Source of the DNA: Macrostomum hystrix
Lineage: Eukaryota > Animalia > Platyhelminthes
Length of the DNA: 64,000 nucleotides
Assembly (NCBI GenBank): GCA_950097015.1
Contig: CATNEN010000037.1
Coordinates: 62,001 to 126,000 of the forward strand
Direction: 5' to 3'
The translations under genes were made by a program, and so were the position numbers. Below the pieces are notes generated by a model. That model ran no database searches. It was not told where the DNA came from and was given only the letters and a program-made list of their open reading frames with translations. Shown here in pieces: positions 1 to 12,000 of this stretch (position 1 is the first letter of the stretch; every line of letters begins with the position of its first letter).

Positions 1-3000
1 GTCAGGTTGAGTAAGGCTGTGTTTGGAGTCGGCTGTAGACTGTCCGTGACTTGAACTGACAAGTTGAAAAGGCTGATGCCAGTTGCTGTTAGGACCTGCT
101 TGATGCGAATGTCGCCAGTGAGAGGGTCGATGAAGAAAAAGTCAGTGGTGGATGCGTCGCCTAGCAGCCTGTACTGAATTGTGCCGATCCCGGCCGTCTG
201 GCTGACGCGGATTGAGGCATTGATGGACGAACCCAGGGCCGCTTTTTCCCAGACAGAAATTGAGCTCGTCCCGCCAATCGGGCTAGCAATGCTAAGTGAG
301 CCAGGACTCCACTCAACATTAAGTGAAAAAGTGCGTTGATAGACCTGCTTCGGATAATATGAATCATAGACTTGAACTTGAATCTGCAATGCGGCAATAG
401 AAAACTAGTTTTTATTAAACCGAATGTTTAGTATACGGTTGCATAAACAAACAAATAAGTAGGAAGCATACCAGGTAAGTAGAAAGTTTCAATGGATTGT
501 CCGAAAACGATCTAGACGTAATAACAGTTGCCAAAGAGCCGTTCACAGAGAGGTTGAAGAGAAAGTTCGATGGGTAGGCTCCAATTATTGAGAAAACTGG
601 CGGTCCTCGAAACGAGTCATTGCCAAGAACCATGCCGACGGTCACGCCTGCAGCACTCAGACTGGTAACATTTACTGTTCCGAAGCTTGTCTCACTTGCA
701 GGGCGTCCGTTGATGGACAAAAACGGAGACCCGGAATCCCTGACCACGGTTAGAGTGATGTAGTGCTGCGCTTGCCAACGAGAATCCTTCGCTTCAACGA
801 CGAACTAAATTTAATGAGCGGATTTTTTCGTAATAGGCAAAGTATTACAAAAGATACATGTTTACGCCTGAGCTTGTTTTTATTCATGTATTGCTTCGAT
901 TTCTGGACTGATTACTTACTGTCAAACTAGTGAAAGCTGCCGGAGCTGTCAGCAGCTTTTTTACGGCTAGAAGGCCATGCAACGGATCCATGTAGAAGTA
1001 CTCATTAAGTGTAGTCAGATTCGAAGAGCTCACAATGCTGAACTGGATTGGGTCCTGTAAAGGCATACAATTTTGTCATTCAAAGAAGCGCGTACGAAAT
1101 AAGAAATCAGACATTAATAAATATCTATGGAAAGGTACTCCGCGACTTACATAAGCATCGGGAGCTGAAACATTGAACGAGCAGCAGAAAATGTAACCGA
1201 TGTCAACGACTTCATCCAGCGAGATAGTCAGGTTCTGTTGCGTTAGCTGCACTGGCCGGGCCACTCGAGAAATGTTAACATAAACCATCGCCATCGGAGA
1301 GCTCGATTGAGATGGGTAGCCGCCATCGACTGCGTTGACCAGCATAGTGACATTGGTGACTGCGTATGTCAAGCCAGTGAGAACTCGGTTCAGTGCTAGA
1401 GCTCCCGTAGCTGAGTTCACAGAGAAAAACGCAGCTGCTTCCGCCGGTTGCACACTGAAAATCGAATATGAAATGACATTGTTCGGCGCAATCGGGTCCG
1501 CGTCGGTGGCACTGACCGAGGTTGACAGGCTTCCGGCCGCTTGGCGCTCGTTAGCGTTAATGAAATAGGTAGTCGGAGCGAAGACCGGTGCTTGCAGGCT
1601 GCGGTAGACATTCACAGTCAGAATTGTGACATTTGTTTTCGGCACAAAACCCCCGTCGGCAATCCGAACTCGCAGCTGCAATAGATAGGACAGTAAAAAT
1701 GTATGGTAAAAATCACAAGTGGCAGATGACATTGTATGAATTTTAGAAGCACTTACGGAAAAGACTGTCTGTGTTGTTGTGTTTAGGTTTCCAATGACAG
1801 TAACAACTCCACTGGAAGGACTGATAGCAAAGAAATTGGTTGCCAGATCGTCTCCAATCAGGGAGTAGGTGATCGTGTTGAATGGCACAACTGTATCGTC
1901 GTCTCTAGCCAGGATTTGAGTCACAGAGCTAGTTGCCAATGCCAGATACGTAATGCTCACATTTGTTGGGCTATTAGGCAAAAAGAATGGATTATAAAGG
2001 TTTCGCTGTGTTGTAATATTAAGGGTACGGGTGGGTGTCGACTTTTCTGGAGTGCCGAGATCATACGCGGTGACGCTGAGTGTGAAGATTGTGTCAGTAC
2101 AGGGACTCGCAAGCAGACTGGACTGTAGAAGCACCTGGCCGCTGATGGAGTTGACAAAGAAGCACTGCCTTGCTGTGCTATATGTGAGTCCTTCAAGTCG
2201 GTAACGAACTTGACCGCTTGTGCCAACAGTGTCCCTGTCAGTTGCTTCCAGAGTGTACACCAGGTATCCGGGTCCCCGGTCCTCAGCCATAGCAAGATTC
2301 GTGACGCTAGAATTAGGAAGCACCCAGTCAGGGGCGTTGAGATTTCGATTCACAGTCACTGTCACGAAGCTCGTAGCAGATAGTGGTGGTACACCTCCAT
2401 CCTGGATTACAACTTCGAATGAATAGGACGCCTGCGTCTCGACTGCCACCGACTGTCTCAGATAAAGTGTGCCGTTGTTTGCCACGCCGAAGAAAATCAC
2501 TGAACTTGATGATCCGACGATTGAATAGGTCAGAGTATTAAATGGGGCCTGCAATGGTTGGATAGAGCATTGTAAAATTATACAATCGGACAAAGAGGAA
2601 ATATTTTTCCAACGGGCAGCTTTATTTGTTGCTCACTGTCGTGTCGGCATCTGATCCAGGCACGGTCAAAGGAAGTAGAGACCCAACTGGTAGGGTTTCA
2701 TTTATAACAACCGAGTAGTTAGCCGGCACAGTCGGAGCGAAATTGTTTCGAACAATGGTTATGTTCACAGAGCCTGAAACGCTGAGGCCGCCACCGTCTC
2801 GGGCCATCAGGTTCAGCTGGAATTAAAATAAGTGAGTATATCTACTCGTGTTACAGCTCTATTCATCCTCAAACACTGCCTAAAAAGAAACGAATGTTAT
2901 TTTCCCAGTTCATTACGTACCATGACGTTTGAAACGTTTCGGAACCCGTCGTAAAGCGGCCTCCGTAGGGATAAGAATCCCTGACCGGTCGAGGCATCGG

Positions 3001-6000
3001 AGTAGAAGCGAAAGTAGTCAGAAATGTATGCGCTTGGGGTTTGAAGCGAAACTGTGACTTGGCTCAGAACTCCCTGGAATGGGAAGGTGAAAGCGTAAAA
3101 TTACGAAATATCCTAGCAGTTTTTTATTTCTGTCGATTGACACTTACCGGATCCTTTAGGCAAAGATTCGTCACTCCAACTGACGATATACAGGTGGAAT
3201 CTTCAGTGACATTCAAAATCGAAACGACCTGATTGACAGGTTGCGTCTCCAGCAGGGTAATTTGCAACGCGCTGGCATGAGTCCATTTCGGAGTTTGAAG
3301 GTTTCTATTCACTTGAATGATTAGGTTTGCATCTGTGAAGCGCTGTGTTGCTTCGCAAGCAGTCGGAACTGGGTAGCCTGAGCATGCTCCTGAGTCGTAC
3401 GCACGCAGTTGCATCTAAAAGTATAATTTAGGTTAGAAAAGTCACAGATCTGCTGTCTATTGAGGAAATAGCTGGTGGCTTATATAACTGGAGTCACAAA
3501 CTTACGGAATATTCAGTTGCCGTATCGTTCAGAATCTGATCCGCAACCGATATGAGAACATCGAGTCCGGTTGTGTTTTGTGCGTAGGGAGTTTCAGCTT
3601 TGAATAAAAGTTTTGTTCTGAAGTCGCCCATAATTTCTACGCGGATCTGGCTGTAGAAGTTCTGGCTGTCTGCATCTGTAACTCGAAGACTAAGCAACAC
3701 GACTCCGTTGACGACGGATGCGTTGTAAGTGACAGCTCCTGTGGGGAGTCCGACCCACTGCGGACTGGCCTGATTGGCCAAGATCGCGATAGTCAGTGTC
3801 ACAGATTCACTCCGCAGCGGCGGTGTTCCGAGATCTTCGGCGTACACAGTGACCTTAACAGTGAAAAGTTAAAAAAGCAAATTAGAGCTTAGCTTAGAAA
3901 TCTCGTTTTTTTTCACCTCAGGAAATTACGAGTAGCTAAAGTGGAAATTTTATATTGTTTAGTATTATTGAAGGTTTATTATTTTATGTTCAGCAAAGTT
4001 TGCTTCTAGTTTCTAGTTTCAGCTATTGCGCGGCGCATCTGAAGGCTGCGTACGGCAGTTCAGTCCATAGACAGGGGGACGCCACACCCACCCTCAACTA
4101 CCCAGCTAATGCTGGTACCCATTAAACAGCTGAGTGAACTGAAGCAATGCAAAGTTAATTGTCTTGTTGAAGGGCACAAATTGTTCCAGAGGAGTCGGTA
4201 ATGGAACCCCCGACCTAAAAGTCGTGAGTCTGATGCTCTAACCACAAGGCTAGAAACTCCTAATTAAAAAAACTATGTAAGATAGCTTACGTTTTGTGTT
4301 GTGCCTCTCACAGTCAACAACGATGCGATGGTCGTAATTTGTCCCGTGGTTGAGTTGATTGCAAAATAATCATTCGGAACTATTTTGTAAGTCACATTGG
4401 AATATCCAGGCTGAAATTGGAAATATTTTCATGTAAAGATGTAAAAATGTAAAAACATCGGTCTTGTTCTTACACACCTCGATATCGAAATCTATCGCTG
4501 AAATTGACGCTTCTGTGTTCGAACCAATGACTGCAAATATAAAAATGCTGCCATTTACTCGGCTGGTCACCACTGGTGCAAATAGATTCCGGCTGACTGT
4601 GATGGTCACAATGTTCTCTGCCATCTTGGATGGGTAGCCACCGTCAGAGACACGAATGCGCAGCTGAAAGCTAGTTTCCATGCCAGACAGGGCTCGCGTC
4701 AATGTCACTGTCCCATTGTTCGGATTGATGGAGAAGTATAGTGGAGCACTCCCGTCTCCAATGATGGAGTAGGTCAATTGAGAATATTCAGCGGGCTAAA
4801 ATTTGGTTTTTGAAGAGCGTCAAGAAAGGGCAAATCAATAGAAAAGTAAGCAGTCAAAACAAGTCAGAAAAGTCTCATACGTTTCCCACGATGGTTGAGT
4901 CATTGTCTCTTGCACTGGCTGTTACCAGAACAGTTCCGACGCTTGAATTTCTCGAGAGGGAATGCGACACAGGTAAATTCAAAAGTTCCGGGGTAAACTG
5001 ATTCCTAAGGACATTCACCGATATCTGAGCTACCGCGCTCTCTTTTGCACCGCTGACTCCGGAATCAGTTGTCGTGTAGTTAATCTACAATGAAGTTTAA
5101 AGTAATATAAAATTCTACGTTGTCTTAGACATGCACAACAGAAGTGATAAAAGAATTCAAGTATTTTACCGTGTAGCTCATTGCTGAGGTCGAAGTAAGT
5201 GGCGACTGAATATACAACTTTCCGTCCAGCGATAAGAAAAACAGGCGACCAGCCTCAGACGCCGCGGTAGCGGACGTCATTCGATACACCAGAGTGCTTG
5301 CTGGCTCTCCGCTTGGATCCACATCAGTGGAGTTCAGTGCACCGATTTGGTTGCCCGGTGCCTCAGTCTCCTTGACGGTGAATACCTGGCGATAACTCAC
5401 GGGCGTGTTTAGATTTCGCTCCAAGTCAATGAACACAAGAGTTGTTGCTGTCAGAGGTGGAATCCCAGCGTCGCGCGCACCGACGACCAAGGAGTAGTTG
5501 ACGACTGTGCGATCCAAGCTTAGACTGGAGGCTACGTGGATTTTTCCGTCACTGCTGACGTTGAACCGATGACTACCGTCGATGTAGCCATCGCTGACTA
5601 GGTAGTAGGTCAGGCTCGAGAAGCTTGTCTGCAATTCACAGAATTATATTTTAGCACCCGCTGTGTGAACTTAATAAATCCCGACTCTACATAAAAACAT
5701 TTTTCAGCATTTTTACACTCACCGACCAGTCATTATCGGTAGCTGTTACTTGGCCAACCAAAAAGTTGACTACTGCTGTGCGAGAAACGATGTAGTTGTA
5801 TCTGCTTTGGTTGAACGCGGGGGCGTTCAAATTTCGTGCAACGTTTACTGTGATTGTTGCATTAGCCGAGGCATCCCTTGAAGGAGAGCTGGCGTCGGCT
5901 ACCCCAATGGTGAGCTGAAATCCATATACCAAATTATAAATTTGCGATAGCAATTTCCACTTGAAATATGAACAATTTAAACCAATAGCGTTACCTGATA

Positions 6001-9000
6001 GGAAAGCGTTTTGGCGGCATCGAGTAGTAATGACGCTCTTAGCCGAACTTCCCCTGTATTCTCTACGATGTAAAAGAAGCTCTGTGCCAAAGTGCTCCCC
6101 AGAATTTTGTAGCGGATTGAATTGTACGGCGGCTGCAATGAGTATTTTATCGATCGGTTTAACGGCAGTAAAATTGGAAGGGTAAAATACAAGTGTATGA
6201 ATAAGCAAATTTTTGCTTAACTACAGAATCCTTACAAATAGATCAGAGTCGTTTGCAAACACGTTAAACAGCAAAGAGTCAACACTGGCTGTTTCAAGTA
6301 TGGACACATTGTCTCTATAATTTGGCGCGCCTGGGACGTAAATGATCGGAGCAAACAGATTGCGATCCACCAGCACTGTCACGAGCGTCACATTTGTTCT
6401 GGGCGGATTTCCGCTATCCTTCACCATCACAGACAGATAGAATGTGGTTTGATTTGTGTTGCTCATCAGGTCCCGAGTTGTTACGTCACCAGTGGATGGG
6501 TTCATAGTGAAAAATGCCAACGAGGAGGCATCTCCCAGTAATGAGTACGTAATCGTGTTGAAAGGTGGCGCATCTGCGTCCGTTGCTGTGAGTTTGAATA
6601 CGTTTGTGCCAATTGTGACTGTTCTGCTGAGGGACACTGTTGTGATCGTGCTGGTAATCACTGGAGCGTTCAAGTTTCTCAGTACTGTGATGTTTATGTA
6701 GTAGAGATTCAATCCGGCCTTGCTTGGCGTGCCCTTGTCTTGGATGGCGAACGCCAGCTAAAATTGAATGTTAGAATTCATCCAGTTTTGTCTTGTTGCT
6801 TTAAAGGTTTTATTAGAAAGCCTTTCATTTACCAGATAAGAGGTTGACAAGCTGGCGTCAAGCAGAAGAGAGCGCTTCAAAAAGATGCTACCGGTCATGG
6901 TGACGTCGAAGTACGTCGGCGCGGAACCATTTCCCACAAGAGCGAATGTGAACTCATTATACGGGGCCTGGGTATCATTGTCTCTGCCGGTGAGAAAAGA
7001 TATTACCTCTCCTAGGGATTGTGTCTCTGAGAGAGTCAGAGTAACGCCCGTCGAGTTGATGAACTCAGGTGGGAACAAGTTACGGTTGATAACCACGGTC
7101 AGCAGTGCCTGAGTAGTCTTCGCTGGACTTCCATTATCAGAAGCCAAAATCCGGAGCTGAAATTGTAAAGTACGCAAAACTCACGATTAGATTAGATTTT
7201 ATTTTTTTAAGGAAATGAGAAAGCAAATATTTTGATTCTTACTTGATACTGAGTGGTAGTTTGTGTGAGAATACCGGTCGACGTCAGCCTGATTTCTCCG
7301 GTGACCGAGTCCACGGTGAAGTAGGAGCCGGCATCGCTATCACCGATAAGAGAGTAAGTTACGGCAGACCCAAAGATGGAGTCGCTATCATTTGCGAACA
7401 CTCGGCCGATAGGGCCTGCAGTTCGGGTCATGTCGATGTTAATGGTGCTTGATGTTAAATAAAATAGCGGGGCGGCCGTGTTTCGTCGAACGTTGAGTGT
7501 GAGCTGAACTGTTTTGTTTCTCACTGGGAAGCCTTGGTCCCGAATTCCAATCGTTATCTAAGGTAAAGAAGGAAAAAATATTGCGCTGGGTTTCAGAGGT
7601 TCACAGTTCCAAATTTAGTGGCATTAAAATCTTGAACACTTACATTAAATGAATTTTCTGTCCGAGAGAGCAAATTTTGCTGCAGAAAGATTCCGCCAGT
7701 TGTTGTGAGTCCAATCAGGGGATTTTCCGAGAAGAACTCAATCGAATTCTCCGGAGCGTTTGCGTCTAGATCAAAGGCGCTAACAGTCGCAAAAACTACG
7801 CCAAGCTGTTGCGTCTCGTTAATAGTAAACACGTAGGAGGAGGCGTTGAAGTTGGGCGTATTAAAATTTCTCAAGATGACGATGTTCACTTGCGTCCTGT
7901 TTGTCTTCGGCGGTTTAGCCGTGTCTGACGCGTCAAGCATAATCTATAGGAAAATTATTACGGTGGGAAATACAAATACAACACTTGTACAAGATAGAGT
8001 GATTGCACGACCACAAGGTCTTTAAAGTAGAAAATAATCAACAATAATATGATATGGATATACTCACGAATAATCTGATCGGAACGGCGGGATTGGTAAA
8101 CCCTCCAACAGCGATCAGATGCGTGCCATTGTGGGAGAACAAGTTTGCATATGTGCCATAGATCGCGTACGATAACACGGGCTGGAATTTAAAATACTCG
8201 TAAAATTTTCCATCTCATTTACATTAATACGAAAAATCTGGCATATTAAAAAATCTTAGAATTAGACACTACGCTTTTATTGTTTTGTTACACAACTAAA
8301 AACAAGTATTACACTGTACTGACCGACTCTGCATCTGTAGCCATGATGCTAGCCAGTGGAAGATTGTTGGCATTTCCTGGCACCTCAAGGCTATACTGGC
8401 TGCTTGGGAATTGTGGAAAGCCATTGTTTGTGACCAGATTAACCTGCACTAATGCCGTGGTAGAGCTTAGAGGCGGTGTCCCTTTGTCTTGAGCAGTGAC
8501 TGACAAGTAAAAAAGCTTCAGTGTTGAGTCGACGAGACTACGCCTAGCCATAATCTGACCATTGTTTTGATCAATCATAAAGTAGGTGAGAGCCTCGGTT
8601 TGATTAGATGTCAAAACATATTGCCATGTATTGTAAGGCGCTTGCAAGTCCGCATCGCTAGTGGTGAATGTGGCACCGATGCTTGTGCCCAGCACCTGTT
8701 CCGCTGAAATCGACAAATTCTGATAGGCCGGTGCTATCACTGGTGCATGGAGATTCCTTGAGACGCTCACTGTGACTGTGGAAGTGCCCGCAAGACCCGA
8801 CGGATCAGTGGCAACAACATAGAGGACGTACTCGGTGTCAATGTCTAGACTGAGGTTTCGTTGAAGTGTGATGGCCCCTGTAGAATTGCTAATTGCAAAG
8901 TACGTAGGTCCCTTGTACAGTCCCGTCAAAGTGAACACCAGAGGCGAGTTGAAACTAGATTGTGTGTCCGCGTCAGTCGCATTCATGAGAACAATTTGCG

Positions 9001-12000
9001 TCCCAATAGATGTCAGCATGGAGATGTTTGCTACCCATCTCGCCGGCTGAACCACTGGAGCCTGGGTCGCTCTGGACACGTTTATTATCACACTGGTGCT
9101 AGAAGACAGACTCGGTGTTCCATAGTCGGATGCCAGCACGGTAAGCTGAAATTCCATGCACAGATAAAAAGTATTCACTTTAGCTAAAATAAGGACTTAG
9201 AAGATAGTTTACAATCAGTGCGGACTCACGTTGTAGACAGAAACTAGTCGATTGCTCAATAGGCTGTTTCGAAGTCGAATCACGCCTGTACGTGCATCGA
9301 TGAGGAACACACTTAGACCATCAGCTGGAAGCGCTTCCGCGATGGAAAACTGAACTAACGCATTGACTCCCTGCAGAAGAATGACGCTTGTCCTGAAGAG
9401 CCTCGAACCACTTTACAGCAGTTTTTCTCTATTTATATGCAAAGAAATATGGGACTCACCGAGTCAGCGTCTGAGACGGAAACATTGCCAACAAGTGAAC
9501 CGATTAATTGCGTCTCGAGCGCGCTCATGACTGGGGCTGTTGGTTGCGGGCTGTTGTCATTGACATCCTATAAGATTAAAGAATACGATTTGTCTTATAA
9601 TAAGTTCGCATCTCAAAATTCAATAACTCTCAAGGTAGCAAGGTAGAAATAAACAAACAAGGATTGCGATGGACACTGTTGCTGAAAGTCTGGAAGAGTC
9701 AGCAATCGTGAGTCCCGACTGCTCCGTGGTCACAACCAGCAAGTAGCTCCTGAAACTCTCATAGTCGATGCCGCTGGTCGAGAAGATTTCGCCAGTCGAT
9801 GCATTGATTCGGAAAGGAACTGTAGAATTCACTAATCGGTATGTGATGTTTGGGAAAGAGTCCCCGTCGAGTGCCTGTGCGAAGAATGTAATATGAAATA
9901 ATTAATTTTGTCATACGATACGTAAAAATGGCCGCATGCTGAAGATTTCGGAATGCTCACAGTCACGATGGTGACATAAGTATTGTTAGAATTCTCGGCC
10001 ACACTGCCGCTGAAATATCGAACTGGAAAGTAGGGCGCCATGTCATCTCGATCCTCAACGTTAACAGTGAGAGTCACGGTGGCGCTTCTGGCAGCGAGGC
10101 CAAAGTCACGCGCTGTCACCGTCACGTAGTGCACTGTGCGTGACTCAAAGTCGAGGAACTTTGCGAGCTGGAGCTGGGCTGAAGCGAATCCCGTCGCGTT
10201 GGTCGTTTGGGCGATTGCAAATGAGTTTCTAAAACGGTTAGAAAAGCGTGCGCATCAAATAAATGTCAAAACAGGCAAAGGTACATGCAGTTAAAAATCA
10301 ATGGCAACAATCAGTGACAAGCTCATAGTTTTGCTCACGTCGCCTCATTGACAAAAAACCGAATGAGCGCATTCTGGGCTAGATCGGCGTCTGTCGCGTT
10401 GATTGTCGCAATTGTGACGGGAAATGTGTTCTCCGGAATGGAGAAGTTGGTCGTCAAAACAGCAATGATCGGATCATTGTCGTTAGAATCAAGAAGGGCA
10501 ACGCGAATCTCAGTCACGGCAGTCTAAAAATGTTTTAATAAACGATATATACTCGAAATAGTGATTGAATTCAAGACCAAACGAAAAGATGAGTTGGTGC
10601 TTGCCCTGTTGCCGAGATTGTCTTGAGCACCCACAAACACGCTGTGATACGGAACGATCGGAGACTCCCTGTCCAACGGTGAAGCCACAGTCAGGCTGCC
10701 ATCGCTCGAGTAGGCGAACGCAGATGCGACAGTCTGGTTGATCAGACTGTACCTGATCGTGTCGCCCTCCGGATCAGTTGCTGGGAACTGACCAACAACA
10801 CTGCCAACAGGTGTATCCTCGGCGACTGAGACAGTATAAATCGACGAAGAATAGTAGGGTGGCAGATTGTACATCCTTGTCACTGAAATCTGGATGGCAA
10901 CGTCCGCATTTCGCACGAGACTTGGTTGAGTGTCGGAGTCGCGAACACGAACGGTCAGCGTGAACGCTTGGTTCCGCACCAAGCTTCCGGTAGCACTGAT
11001 CTCGCCAGTCGTGTCATTGATAGAGAATATGGTCGTGTTACCCTCCACAATTGAGTAGCGAAGACCAGCTGTGCCTCGGACTCCGGAGTCGGCGTCGGTG
11101 GCGCGCACCTGACCTACCAAGCGTGAGCCAGGACCCTCAGGAATGATGAATGAATAGTTGAGAGCCTGGAACACTGGCGAGTTGTCGTTGACGTCGAGGA
11201 CCGACACTGAAAAGCTCACCGTTCCGGTGAGGTTCGCCCTTGTGGAATCGATCTCGGTGGCTGTAACCTGCAATAAATGTTTAGCAGTTAAGGATCTGCT
11301 TCTTGAAAACTGTTAAGCTTACGCAAGTTTTCTTAGATCACTAATTCCCAAGCAGTTCGTTTCGTCATTGCAAAGGACGATATGTACAAACAGAAAATCG
11401 TCTTATTAAAAATTTGTAATTGAAAAGCTTTATAGTTTAAAATTTTATTTTTATATTTCAGTTAAGGCAATATCTGTCGAAACATCATGCGGTCAAATAT
11501 TTCTTGGCTCATTAGAGAAACAGAAAACGTGGGTCCAAAGTTGTATGTAAAGCTCCAACTAGAGGTAATGAATTTCTCACAGTTAAATTGATCTTCTTAT
11601 CCACAGGCAAGCTCTCGTAGTCGATCAACATGAAGTTGACAGCGACTGTGCCGTCATCGTTCACTTTGAACCAATCCGTGTTTGTTACGGCGAATTTGTA
11701 CTTCCTCGGAGGATCGGTGGGAAGCTAAAAGGGTCAATTTGTCCACGTTTAGTTTAACGTTTTGTGATTAAATCTAGCCATGTTTTTTCTCAGATATTGC
11801 TGTCCGATCACTACTGCTTACTAAGTCGCGATCCGAAACAATTAATTTAAAAATGGCGCCAGTCGTGTTCATGATGAGCGTGCCGATCGGAGAGTTCTCG
11901 GTCACTGTCAGTTCATCCACTGGCATGTTGAAACTCAAAGTAGGTGCGAAGGAGTCCTGCGCGTCAATGCTAATCACGAGAGCTGCCGTGTCATAAAGGT

